64,000 nucleotides of DNA, taken from NCBI GenBank assembly GCA_930982035.1, contig CAKNJL010000001.1, forward strand, positions 9,796-73,795, in the 5' to 3' direction. The notes under the pieces are model-generated. The model saw only the letters and a program-made list of their open reading frames with translations. It searched no databases and was not told where the DNA came from. Origin of the DNA: an uncultured Clostridium sp. GTDB lineage: Bacteria; Bacillota; Clostridia; TANB77; CAG-508. Positions 48,461 to 58,036 of this stretch are shown here, piece by piece; position 1 is the first letter of the stretch; the number at the start of each line of letters is the position of its first letter. The position numbers and the translations under genes are program-made.

Positions 48461-49798
48461 TTAAAATGGATCTTCAATCTCAAATTCAACTGGCTCCTGC
48501 TCTAACAATTTTAGTTGTTCTTCTGTTAAATACTTTTTATCTATAACAACACTCAAAACAAATTCATTAAAGAAATTATCATTCATTATATAATACCCAT
48601 TTACTTTTTCTTTATCTCCATAGCTATCTTCAATTTTCCATCTCTGTGGTTTATCATTAATCAAATTAACTCCTGTAAATGTCATAACATGATGCATGCT
48701 AATATCATACAAGTTTAATGCTTCTTCTTTTGATAATGTATTTAAATTTAATGTATCTTCATAATTATATAATCTAGTATCTAATATTCCTGATTTTTCA
48801 TCTCTAAATTTCAAGATATGCGCCCCCATATAAACAGGAATGTCATCTTTCAATTGTTTTATAGTTAATTCTTTTAAATCTTCAATTGGTAGATTTAAAT
48901 ATTTAACATAGGAATTTTTATAAATATTTCCTGCATATTTCTTTCTATATACTTTACAATATTCTTTATTGTACATAGGCATATTTCCTATTGTTACGAA
49001 ATTTTCTAATTCTAAATCTAGAAATTTATTTTTAAATTCAATTGGTGTTAAACGCTCAATCCTTTTATATTCGCCATTTTTATCTTTATATTCATAATTA
49101 AATTCTGTTACAGGTTCTCCTAATATTTTGCATAATAAAATATAATTTTCTTGTAAAAATTCATTTTTTGCTTCTCTTAATAAATTTATATTGGTTCCAC
49201 TTTTCTTTAAATTTAATAATTTTATTATATCTTTTTTGACTTTTTCAGTATATAAATACTCTACTTTTTCGTAGTTTGTACTTTCAACTGCATTTGGATT
49301 ATATGAATATGGAAATATTCCATACTTATTTACAATAGATACAAACCAATCCCAATAACCTCCCTCTGAAACACAGTATTTTATTACACTCTCTTTGTAA
49401 AGATAATCAAATTCAACATTTTCTAAATTAATTATGTTTTCATAAGCATTATTGGATTTTTCTAGTTTATCAAAAAACGCAATATGATTATTAGATAATT
49501 CTAAATCTATAACATTTATATTCAAATTTTTAGCTATACTGTATTTTATTAAATTCAAACCACCATATATCCAACATTTCCAACTATCTTGTTGGTCATA
49601 TCTTTTACTTTCTGGTAATTCTATATTAAAAATAGGTTGGTTTTCTATTATAACATCTCTATTAATACATGCATTTTCTAAACCGTTTTTGGTTATTGCA
49701 TTTTCTATTATTTTATTAGTTTTATTAGAACTATAAATATCTCTAAATTTCTTGATTTGTTCTAATGATATTTGACTTTCCATCCTGCTCATCTCCAT
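48461..49798 (-). CDS. pepC: aminopeptidase C / bleomycin-hydrolase-like C1 cysteine peptidase
   Basis: 445 aa. Catalytic Cys context QQDSWKCWIYGGLN and His context MHHVMTFTGVN. The length is typical of PepC. The true start may be the third Met (49783). Confidence 0.8.
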   Translation of the reverse strand: MEMSRMESQISLEQIKKFRDIYSSNKTNKIIENAITKNGLENACINRDVIIENQPIFNIELPESKRYDQQDSWKCWIYGGLNLIKYSIAKNLNINVIDLELSNNHIAFFDKLEKSNNAYENIINLENVEFDYLYKESVIKYCVSEGGYWDWFVSIVNKYGIFPYSYNPNAVESTNYEKVEYLYTEKVKKDIIKLLNLKKSGTNINLLREAKNEFLQENYILLCKILGEPVTEFNYEYKDKNGEYKRIERLTPIEFKNKFLDLELENFVTIGNMPMYNKEYCKVYRKKYAGNIYKNSYVKYLNLPIEDLKELTIKQLKDDIPVYMGAHILKFRDEKSGILDTRLYNYEDTLNLNTLSKEEALNLYDISMHHVMTFTGVNLINDKPQRWKIEDSYGDKEKVNGYYIMNDNFFNEFVLSVVIDKKYLTEEQLKLLEQEPVEFEIEDPF

Positions 49799-49831
49799 AT
49801 TATTTTTTATGGTATCTTATCATAAAAATTT

Positions 49832-50010
49832 AAAAAAAGAAAGTGCTTTTCAAACACTTCCAACTAAGTTTTATCTCTAGACATTCATATTTTTTAATAT
49901 TAATTTTATACTACTACTGTGAAGACTGCTTCGCAGTACTTCACGAATATAAGATGCCTAACCTTGTTGTATACGGAAAAATCCGCATCGGGTCAAGATA
50001 AAAGCCGATT
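49832..50010 (-). ncRNA. candidate small RNA or 5' leader upstream of pepC
   Basis: Lies between two minus-strand terminators. Contains a long hairpin (TTGTATA-GGAAAAATC...GATTTTTCC-TATACAA with nested ATCGG/CCGAT), a second hairpin (GTGAAGtACTGC-GAA-GCAGTCTTCAC), and ends in its own terminator (GGAAGTG-N9-CACTTTC-T7, 49832-49861). GC-richer than the surroundings. Confidence 0.35.
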
Positions 50011-50041
50011 TTTCCTATACAATAAGAAAATCAGCCCCATA
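50011..50041 (-). terminator. rho-independent terminator after ORF 50067..51149
   Basis: Minus strand reads GTCAGCTCC-ATAT-GGGGCTGAT followed by TTTCTTATT. Confidence 0.7.
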
Positions 50042-50066
50042 TGGAGCTGACTTCTATTATTTGTTT

Positions 50067-51149
50067 TTACCACTTTAAATCCCAATTAAAAAAAGAATAA
50101 GCTGCATATATACCAGCACCTTTTTGAGGCTGTTCAGTTCTATTCATAACTCTAGGCTGTAAAGAAGAATTTCCTACAAGTATTATATTTGATAGCACTT
50201 CATAATCATTAAAGAATCTATTATAAAAAAATAAGAAATTCTCAAACTGTTCTTTTTTTATCCATTTGCCACCTATAATAAAATGTTCAGGATTAAAAAA
50301 AGAGCCTATTTGTATACACGCTGGACTAAATGCTGATAAAATTTCTTCTTTATTATCAATTAGCATATTAGCATATTCGTTATCAGACACTGTTGTTAAT
50401 TTTTGAAACAAATCTTTTTGCTTATTTGAAAATCTAGGGAATACCATCCCAAATACTGGATTTGAATCTTTATTTAAGATATTGTTTTTTACATAAGATA
50501 TCCTGTTTTGATCTAAATCATAATAGACAATAGAATCTGATTCAAAAACTTTTTCCCTTAAATATAAGGTATATGCTAATACACTGTCTCCTAATACCGC
50601 TGAACGGAATGTTATTGGCATCAAGCTTCTAGAATTTTTAAATAAAACTGATAAATCATATAATTTTAGCTCAGAGCCACTTTCAAAATATGCAAGATTT
50701 TCTTGAGTATTTGTATAACTCATAAACTTGTCAAATATAATAGAAATAGCCGTAACATTTATTTTCTCTGATATTTTATATAGCATCTTTTGCATAAGAT
50801 CCCATATATCAAAGGAACTTTTGTAATGAACTTTGTTTATGAAGTGTGGCAAAACTTTATCTAAAACTGATTCTAACTCAAAGTTCACCAATTCTACTTC
50901 TACTTCATCATCTGTCACATAAAATCCTACAAAATATGCAAAATCTGGGTTGACTAAAAATTTTTTTGAGTCTAAAATTATATTGTTCTCTTTCAGTTCA
51001 TCAATTATCTTTTTTACAGTTGGAAAACTTTTATCCAATTTCTTTAGCAAAAAGGACAATTTGCTTTCTGGTAAATTTGCACCTCTTTTTCTAAAGGTAT
51101 AAAGAATTTCTTGGTTTTTGGTTATAAGTTCCCGTTGCTTTGGTAACAT
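50067..51149 (-). CDS. hypothetical protein with an N-terminal wHTH; ROK/ASKHA-like layout but without the glycine motifs
   Basis: 360 aa. N-terminal segment SFPTVKKIIDELKENNIIL resembles a wHTH. The remainder has only a weak ROK-like pattern. Confidence 0.3.
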   Translation of the reverse strand: MLPKQRELITKNQEILYTFRKRGANLPESKLSFLLKKLDKSFPTVKKIIDELKENNIILDSKKFLVNPDFAYFVGFYVTDDEVEVELVNFELESVLDKVLPHFINKVHYKSSFDIWDLMQKMLYKISEKINVTAISIIFDKFMSYTNTQENLAYFESGSELKLYDLSVLFKNSRSLMPITFRSAVLGDSVLAYTLYLREKVFESDSIVYYDLDQNRISYVKNNILNKDSNPVFGMVFPRFSNKQKDLFQKLTTVSDNEYANMLIDNKEEILSAFSPACIQIGSFFNPEHFIIGGKWIKKEQFENFLFFYNRFFNDYEVLSNIILVGNSSLQPRVMNRTEQPQKGAGIYAAYSFFNWDLKW

Positions 51150-51407
51150 ATAAATTCCTCCTAACTTAACAATTTTGTTTATTAGTTACTTATATATAAA
51201 CTGGATACTACCAGATAATTTTTATAATAATATTTTAACATAATTTATTAGCATTTTCAATAACAAATACCAAAACTTCAGGGAAATTCAAGAATATTAC
51301 AAAAGCATTACAATTACCATATAACATAAAAAGCACGCTCTATTCATATAAAATAATATCTCCATTTACTTCATCCATATCAGTCATAATAGATTTTTTA
51401 TGCTTTT

Positions 51408-51500
51408 TTATTTTCCTTCACTATTTTCAAGCAATGTACTTAAACTATAGCACTTTATTGTTATTCCACTACCAGTTCCCAAGAGTATAATCTTTTCCAT
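51408..51500 (-). pseudogene. MBL-fold hydrolase N-terminal fragment
   Basis: 30-codon ORF, MEKIILLGTGSGITIKCYSLSTLLENSEGK, which is the typical start of MBL/RNase Z-like proteins. It then stops. Confidence 0.35.
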
Positions 51501-51536
51501 ATTATTCCATTTTATAAAAATTTAAAAAAGCACCAA

Positions 51537-51600
51537 TTGTCATATCTCTATACATACCTTCTTTTAATTCAAATCTGTAAATTTCCCTTTCCATATTTAT
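51537..51600. repeat. split repeat, half 'core + right arm'
   Basis: TTGTCATATCTCTATACATACCTTCTTTTAATTCAAATCT matches 48163-48202 exactly. Similarity then decays over about 30 more bp. The left flank is unrelated. Confidence 0.7.
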
Positions 51601-52159
51601 TTTTCATTATCATATCTTTGGTGCAAAATTTCAAATAATCTTTTCCATTCTTCTGGATGGTTAACTATATCTTTATCTTTGTTATTTATCATTGTTTCAA
51701 AATCTTTATAATATATATTTTTTACTTCGCTTACTTCTTCCTTTTGCAACTTTAGTGAACTTATGTCCAAATCCATTTCTATTATATATACATCATAAAA
51801 TTGATTATCTAAAAATTTTCCATCATTTTCTATCACTTCTTGCGAAAATGTAAATAAATATTCTAATTTTTTAGTATCTAGTTCAATACCTATTTCTTCT
51901 TCAAATTCTCTTTTTATACTATCAATTTCATCTTCACACTAATAGGGTGTCCTGCAACTGATATATATAATTTATTAGGATATACATCTTTATTACTACT
52001 TCTTCTTTGAACTAGTAATTCCCTATTTGAATTTATTATCCATATATGAACACCCTTATGCCAATATCCTTTGCTATGAACTTCTTTTCTTGGCTTTTTT
52101 TCTCCTGTTTTGTTTCCGTTTTTATCTAATATATCTAAATATTCCATAAATTCCTCCAA
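51597..52159 (-). pseudogene. NUDIX hydrolase interrupted by a frameshift inside the Nudix box
   Basis: ORF 51914..52159 ends at ...AGHPISVKMKLIV. Shifting one nucleotide gives GEDEIDSIKREFEEEIGIEL, a Nudix box, which runs in frame into ORF 51597..51836. Confidence 0.7.
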
Positions 52160-52476
52160 TACTTATATTGATTTACAATATACCATAATCTTATCTAGTT
52201 TTCAATCATTAAAACTCTATTTAATTAGATGACTGAGAAGGTTTATTTCGGTAATTTGATATGTATTTTTTCATTTCTGGAAATTTTAATATAAACCTAT
52301 CAATTAATTTTTTTCTATTCTCATATAGTAAATGTTGATTGTCTTATAAATGATATTTTTTATAAATTTCTATAATATTCATTTTATTTAATCATCTCTA
52401 AACTTTTTTATCCTTATCCGAATATATAGTGTGCATATGTAAATCTATCATCTATATCACCTCGTAAAATTATTTA

Positions 52477-52935
52477 CTAATATTCTTTTAAGTTATATTT
52501 TATTAACTTGTCTCCATCATATTCAAATTTTACTGTGAAAAATCTACTATCATTTTGTAATTTCTCCACAAAAATTTTATCACCTTCCCAAGTATTTAAC
52601 TTTGTAACCTCTTTTTTATCAATCCATTGTAAATCTCCTTCATTGCATTCTATTAAATCTCCTGTAAAATCATTTGAAGTAAATACATACATATATTCTG
52701 TTTCCCAATTTGTTGATACATAAGTTACAATAGTTCTTAATTTGTATGAATTTAATTTCAAACCTGTTTCTTCCATTACTTCTCTTACGATGCATTCTTC
52801 TGGACTTTCACCTTCTTCGAATTTTCCACCTATTCCTAACCATTTGTCTTTATTGATATCATTTTTCTTTTTTGTTCTATGTAACATTAAATATTTATCA
52901 TCTTTTTCAATATAACATAATGTTGAAAGTATCAT
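52477..52935 (-). CDS. MutT/8-oxo-dGTP diphosphatase-like NUDIX hydrolase
   Basis: Nudix box GGKFEEGESPEECIVREVMEETGL. Confidence 0.85.
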   Translation of the reverse strand: MILSTLCYIEKDDKYLMLHRTKKKNDINKDKWLGIGGKFEEGESPEECIVREVMEETGLKLNSYKLRTIVTYVSTNWETEYMYVFTSNDFTGDLIECNEGDLQWIDKKEVTKLNTWEGDKIFVEKLQNDSRFFTVKFEYDGDKLIKYNLKEY

Positions 52936-52952
52936 ATCTTATCTCTCCTCTA

Positions 52953-53306
52953 TTATTCTTTTTTCCAAATCCTATTTATATTTTCCTGCTCTTTATCTTT
53001 TAAAGCCTTATATAAATCAATATCTAGTTTATTGCACACACTACATAATACAATAAAAACATCTGCTACTTCACTTTCTACTGTATCATAATGGTTAGCT
53101 TTATTTTTATCAATTCCCATATCTGTAGAATTTTTCCTTATAGATTTTGCTAATTCTCCAACTTCTTCTAATAGTAATAACATTGTTTTTTCCATTTCTT
53201 GATTTGAAAAACCTCTTATTTCTATTACATCTTTTATATATTGTTGTACTTCTTGCAATGTGTTTTCTTCATTTAATTTATTCCATAAATCTAATTGACT
53301 ATTCAT
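52953..53306 (-). CDS. MazG-like nucleotide pyrophosphohydrolase
   Basis: LLLEEVGELAKSIRK and ESEVADVFIVLCSVCNKLDIDL (EExxE / D motifs). Start placed at MNSQLD. The ORF track starts at 53354. Confidence 0.75.
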   Translation of the reverse strand: MNSQLDLWNKLNEENTLQEVQQYIKDVIEIRGFSNQEMEKTMLLLLEEVGELAKSIRKNSTDMGIDKNKANHYDTVESEVADVFIVLCSVCNKLDIDLYKALKDKEQENINRIWKKE

Positions 53307-53329
53307 TTTATTACTTCCTTCCCATTTTT

Positions 53330-53647
53330 CTATTTTGTTTCTTCTTCTATCCATTTTAAAAACTTTTCATTTCCATTTGTAATATCATAAGATATAATCT
53401 CACAAGTTTCGTAATCATGATTTTTTAATATTTCTTTTTCAACTTCTTTAAATAAAGTCTTTTTTGTTTTCATTTGAATAAAAAACTCTGGTTCTCTTTC
53501 AATTTTTCCTTTCCACCAATATGAACTATTTATATTTGTTACTTGGCAACAACAAACTAACCTTTTTTCCAACAATGTCTCCACTATATTATCTGCAATT
53601 TCTTTTTTATTACATGCTGTTGTAATTATGCAATATTCTTTTTTCAT
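53330..53647 (-). CDS. cutA: CutA1 divalent-cation tolerance protein
   Basis: 105 aa. IITTACNKKEIADNIVETLLEKRLVCCCQV...SYWWKGKIE...E pattern typical of CutA. Confidence 0.8.
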   Translation of the reverse strand: MKKEYCIITTACNKKEIADNIVETLLEKRLVCCCQVTNINSSYWWKGKIEREPEFFIQMKTKKTLFKEVEKEILKNHDYETCEIISYDITNGNEKFLKWIEEETK

Positions 53648-53896
53648 ATTCTCACACCTCTAACTTTCTATTCACACTATACCACAAATTTCAATTTTTT
53701 AATAGTTTTTTACTGATATTTATATAATTCTATACTTACCTTTATTATCACAGAATCCTCACATAAATGATGTCAAAAGCAAATAATAGTAAGTTTATTA
53801 TAGAACTATCATTTTTATGTATTTACAAAAAACTCTCTATATCTCATTTCTATCTTTTTAATAATGTTGTTTAATTTATTTCTGATTTTTAATTTT

Positions 53897-54090
53897 ATAA
53901 GTCAAAATCTTTGATTTTTTTGACCTATGGATTTTTTATAGAACGATTTTTCCAATTTTTTCGTTTTGTGAAATTTTATAGCACGGATTTTTCCATTTTT
54001 TCGTTCTATAAAAATTTATAGCACGGATTTTTTCAATTTTCCGTGCTATAAATTTTTTTAAAACGATTTTTTAATATTTTCCGTTTTATA
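53897..54090. repeat. five tandem roughly 40-bp palindromic units immediately after fic
   Basis: Units at 53897-53928, 53937-53970, 53977-54010, 54017-54050 and 54057-54090. The best unit is TATAGCACGG-attttttcaatttt-CCGTGCTATA. The stems differ between units (GTCAAA/TTTGAC, GAACGA/TCGTT, AAACG/CGTTT) while the loop stays A/T-rich and similar. Confidence 0.8.
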
Positions 54091-54094
54091 ATTT

Positions 54095-55231
54095 TTATTT
54101 TAAAAACAAATTGATATATTTTTGAAAAGCAAATACTTGATTTCTACTATATCCAGTTGTTTCTATAATAATATTCTTTTCTTTTAATGCATTAATACAT
54201 ACATTTAAAGTTGTTGGTTTTATATCTATTAACTCTAATATTTTCTTTCTTGAAACAATTGGTTCATCATACAATATATCTAATACTTTTTTAGCATTTT
54301 CTGGTTTTACTGGTAAATCCATTATAACCTTATCCATTTCCATTGTAAGTTCAACTACATTTCTAAATTTTTCTTTTGCAGTTTTTGATGTTTCTATAAC
54401 TGCTTCTAAGAAAAATTTAATCCAAGCTATCATATCATTATGAGTTCTTACTCTTGTTAGCATATCATAATATGTATCTTTATTTCTTTCAATGTAATCA
54501 GAAATATATAAACAAGACTTATCAAGCATTCCTTTGCTTTGAATATATAATGGTATAAGTAGTCTTCCTATTCTTCCATTGCCATCTAAAAAAGGATGTA
54601 TTGATTCAAACTGATAATGTAAAATTGCAATTTTTATTAAGTCTGGTGTATCTATTTCTTCATTATTTATAAATTTTTCAAAATCTGTTAAACATTCTGC
54701 AATTTCTGTATGTGGTGGTGGAACATATACTGCATTACTTGGCATACTTCCTCCAATCCAGTTTTGTGATGTTCTAAATTCTCCTGGTGTTTTATGTTCT
54801 CCACGAACTCCTTGCATTAATATTTTATGAAGTTCTCTTATTAATCTAGTACATACTGGAAACCCATTTTTTATTCTTTCTACACCATAGTTTGTAGCTT
54901 TTACATGATTTTGTACTTCTTCCCAATCATCTCTTTTTTCTGGGTTAATATCTGTTACATCTAATAAATCTTCTTCTACGGTCGTTCTTGTTCCTTCAAT
55001 TCTACTTGATTTATTAGCTTCAATTTTTACATGCATTTTAATATATAAATCTACATTTGGTATTAATAATGAATATGCATTTAACTCTCCAATTTGTCTG
55101 TTGGCTTCTGCTAATAGTTTGTCCAATTTAGTATCATCCCATCCCCAGTTATAGTTTATTTTACTAGGAATAAATGCTTTATAATCATTCATTTTCACAT
55201 ATTCACCTGATTTATAATCTTCTAACTTCAT
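54095..55231 (-). CDS. fic: Fic family protein (Fic_N + Fic + C-terminal wHTH)
   Basis: 378 aa. Fic motif HPFLDGNGRIGRLL. C-terminal wHTH-like ILELIDIKPTTLNVCINALKEKNII. Confidence 0.9.
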   Translation of the reverse strand: MKLEDYKSGEYVKMNDYKAFIPSKINYNWGWDDTKLDKLLAEANRQIGELNAYSLLIPNVDLYIKMHVKIEANKSSRIEGTRTTVEEDLLDVTDINPEKRDDWEEVQNHVKATNYGVERIKNGFPVCTRLIRELHKILMQGVRGEHKTPGEFRTSQNWIGGSMPSNAVYVPPPHTEIAECLTDFEKFINNEEIDTPDLIKIAILHYQFESIHPFLDGNGRIGRLLIPLYIQSKGMLDKSCLYISDYIERNKDTYYDMLTRVRTHNDMIAWIKFFLEAVIETSKTAKEKFRNVVELTMEMDKVIMDLPVKPENAKKVLDILYDEPIVSRKKILELIDIKPTTLNVCINALKEKNIIIETTGYSRNQVFAFQKYINLFLK

Positions 55232-55373
55232 TTATATCGCCTCCTACAAATTAAATTTTGGCTATTTTTGGTTGTTTTGTACGAACATTTGTATTGTATC
55301 ATATTTCTTAAATATATTCAATCTTTTTAACAAATTTTGTAAAAAATTTATTTAATATAGTGTTAAAAAAATA

Positions 55374-55407
55374 TATAGCACGGATTTTGTTAAATTTCCA
55401 TACTATA
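55374..55407. repeat. single degenerate copy of the TATAGCACGG palindrome
   Basis: TATAGCACGGattttgttaaattTCCATACTATA, followed on the minus strand by a T-run. Sits between the GNAT pseudogene and fic. Confidence 0.6.
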
Positions 55408-55462
55408 TATATTTATTATAATTTCCTAATTTTTTTATTTATATGTTCTAATTAACAAATTT

Positions 55463-55785
55463 TTAAATTTCCATTTGATAATGTATTTCTGTTTCTCCAT
55501 ATACTTTAAAGCCTAATTGTTCATATAACTTTTTAGCAGGATTCTCTTTAAATACCTTAAAATTGTTCTAATACCTTTTTCATAATTTTCTTCTAATTGT
55601 TCTTCTAAAATCTTTTTTCCTATTCCTTTATTTCGATATTTTTTTAATATACTTATTTCATTTATAAATTTTGCAAAAGCTTTTTCAAAATGTGTAACTA
55701 CTGCTACTTTAGGTAAATCAACTGTTCTTTTGGTATTTAATACTACAATAGGATTACTACCATAGCTTCCCAATGGTATATACAT
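55463..55785 (-). pseudogene. GNAT acetyltransferase with a C-terminal frameshift
   Basis: ORF 55513..55785 has YRNKGIGKKILEE. A shift of one nucleotide near 55550-55565 restores KVFKENPAKKLYEQLGFKVYGETEIHYQMEI, a canonical GNAT C-terminus. Confidence 0.65.
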
Positions 55786-55812
55786 TTTTTACTCCTTATA
55801 AAATTTGATTTT

Positions 55813-56673
55813 TTATATTTTTCTTTCTAAGTTATATTTTTTTATCCATTCAGTCACTCTATCATATTTCGTAATTAAAATATTTTTTAGATATTCTTCA
55901 AATTCACTATCTCTATTTATTTTTCCAGTTAACATTTTAGAATATATCCTAAAAGCATAAAATCTATTATATAATTGCCATTTTCCTTCAGATATTTCTA
56001 TATCATTTATGTATCTGTAACCATCTATTAAATTTTTAAAATCTTCATATTGATAAATTTCCTTTTGATTTAATAGATTTAACATCCTTGTAAAATCATA
56101 ATCTCTATCTCCAATGCACATACTCTCTAAGTCAAGCAAATAGTATTTTCCCTCTGAATATATTATGTTTTCTGGTCTAAGATCCCTATGTATAACTGCT
56201 AATTTTGAAACATTGATTTTTTCTAATTTTTGTTCTAAAACTCCTGTTGATATTTCAAAAATATTATTTTCCATTAGTCCTTTTGCTGATTCTTTTAACT
56301 CTAGATATTCTGACATCATGGCTTTCTTCCAATTAACTTTTTGTTTAATTGGGATATTGTGTAAATTTGCCATTAGTTTTCCTATATTATACAAATGTTC
56401 TTTTGCTTCTTCATCTTTTATTGCATTTCCTTTTATTTTTTCCATAATTATTATTTTTTGATTATATGTCCCTATAATTTTTGGAGTGCAATAATTTAAA
56501 TTCATAAGTTCTTTTAACCATTGTGATTCATTTTTAAATTTTTTTAAATCATTTATTTCTTTAAATATGTAACCTTTATATTCTCTTACTTCATTTATAT
56601 ATGAATTATATTTTCTTGCATTATTTATATTATTTTCATACTCTTTTATAATTTCTTCTATATTTTTCTTCAT
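55813..56673 (-). CDS. APH/choline-kinase-like phosphotransferase
   Basis: Catalytic loop VIHRDLRPENII and LLDLES (DFG-equivalent). Confidence 0.75.
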   Translation of the reverse strand: MKKNIEEIIKEYENNINNARKYNSYINEVREYKGYIFKEINDLKKFKNESQWLKELMNLNYCTPKIIGTYNQKIIIMEKIKGNAIKDEEAKEHLYNIGKLMANLHNIPIKQKVNWKKAMMSEYLELKESAKGLMENNIFEISTGVLEQKLEKINVSKLAVIHRDLRPENIIYSEGKYYLLDLESMCIGDRDYDFTRMLNLLNQKEIYQYEDFKNLIDGYRYINDIEISEGKWQLYNRFYAFRIYSKMLTGKINRDSEFEEYLKNILITKYDRVTEWIKKYNLERKI

Positions 56674-57022
56674 ATTTCCTCCAAATTTTCATACCATTGG
56701 CACGAGTCTTTATAACTGTGTCATTATTATAAATTTTGTGACGTTGTTACCAAAATCTAATATTTTCTTTTGCATTTCCTATTAATGTTTTTATAGCTAT
56801 TATCTATATTTACATTATCTAAATCCGTCATTTTTTTCTCTATTAAAACCTCATATTAATTTTTCATATTTTAGCATACTTTCTATAACTTTACAAGTAT
56901 AGCAAATGCCCGATTTTCAATATTTTTTAATAAAAAATACACCGAAGTGTATGTACTCTGCATTTTATCTGTACAAAAATATTTTTTGTAGATGATTAGA
57001 AAGCTTGTCTTTCTAAATGTTT

Positions 57023-57172
57023 TTAGGAAATATTATTAGCTACTTTTTCTAATTCATTTAATAATTCTTCTGTTACTTCTTTTTGTTTCTTTCTTGCTTC
57101 TAAAACACTTTCTTTTTGAAATTTACCATCTTTATTATATTTTAAACTTTCTATTATTTCTTTTACTTCCAT
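57023..57172 (-). pseudogene. N-terminal fragment of a DUF1186-like protein
   Basis: 49-codon ORF after AAAGGAG: MEVKEIIESLKYNKDGKFQKESVLEARKKQKEVTEELLNELEKVANNIS. It then stops. The family assignment is from memory. Confidence 0.3.
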
Positions 57173-57192
57173 AGTTACTCCTTTTAACAATT

Positions 57193-57724
57193 TTATATAT
57201 TTTTATTATATAATTTTTGAAATTCGTCTTTAAAGTCAATAAATTCATCATCTTCTTCTATATATTCTTTTAACCATGATAAAAACATTTCCTTTTCTTG
57301 CGATGTAGACTTTTTTAGTAGTATTTCCATAATTTCTTTGAATTCACTTTGTATATCGCCATGTTCTCCATTTGAACCATCAATACAGAATTCTCCTATT
57401 GTCTCCATAGTTGCCTCAATGATATTAATAGCTTCTGATATATTATTATTTTCTATATCATTTTTTATTTTATATGAATAATCATAAAGGATATCCATTG
57501 CCTCGCTACCCATTTCATCACTGATATATCCTCTATCTGATATTCTATATAATGATTTATATAATAATCTTTTAAATTCTTCTTTAGATTTTTTTGGAAA
57601 ATATCCGTGAAAATCTTATTTCAAATTTTTCTTTAATATATGGATTTTCTATTATAGTTTCCAGCGTAAAATCCTCTAATTCTTCTGTATTTATTTGCTT
57701 TAATATTTTTTTATAATTTATCAT
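57193..57724 (-). pseudogene. hypothetical acidic helical protein interrupted by a frameshift
   Basis: ATG at 57722-57724 opens MINYKKILKQINTEELEDFTLETIIENPYIKEKFEIRFS. The frame of ORF 57193..57513 is open upstream (FHGYFPKKSKEEFKRLLYKSLYRISDRGYISDE). The frames overlap around 57586-57625, which includes an A7/T7 run. Confidence 0.55.
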
Positions 57725-57734
57725 CTTGATTTTC

Positions 57735-57965
57735 CTTTCTATTTGCATCAACAGATTTTATCCATTTTGATGGAGACATTGTGAATCTGTTTCTTCCTGC
57801 TTCATTTTTAACCGCCTCGAATCCCACACGGTTAAAATTTGGATTATATATTTTTTCCCATGGTCCTAAATAATCAATGTATCTTTATTTCTCATCCAGT
57901 TTTGAATAACAAATCTAGGCTCGTTTCCATTAACCTTTTTAGCAATATCTGTTAGAGACACATTA
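57735..57965 (-). pseudogene. KilA-N-like DNA-binding protein fragment (frameshifted, truncated at both ends)
   Basis: My translation gives SLTDIAKKVNGNEPRFVIQNWMRNKDTL, then in another frame LGPWEKIYNPNFNRVGFEAVKNEAGRNRFTMSPSKWIKSVDA. This pattern matches my recollection of KilA-N / antirepressor-associated proteins of phages and ICEs. Confidence 0.45.
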
Positions 57966-57998
57966 TCTTATTCATTTATAACTTTTGTATTTATTTCA

Positions 57999-58036
57999 TA
58001 ATTTTCTAAAATTGTCATTTATTTTGGTCATATCTC
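57999..58036. repeat. split repeat, half 'left arm + core'
   Basis: TAATTTTCTAAAATTGTCATTTATTTTGGTCATATCTC matches 48137-48174 with 1 mismatch. The right flank is unrelated. Confidence 0.7.

Noticed and set aside
53897-54090. Possible CRISPR array.
   Set aside because: The units abut each other with a period of about 40 bp, and each unit is itself a palindrome. There are no unique spacers of about 30 bp, no leader, and no cas genes in the window.
55270-55300. LexA-box-like sequence (TACGAACATTTGTAT) upstream of fic.
   Set aside because: Only one half-site (GAAC) matches, and the second half is TGTA rather than GTTC. There is no adjacent consensus promoter as there is at 9373-9424, so this is probably chance in AT-rich DNA.
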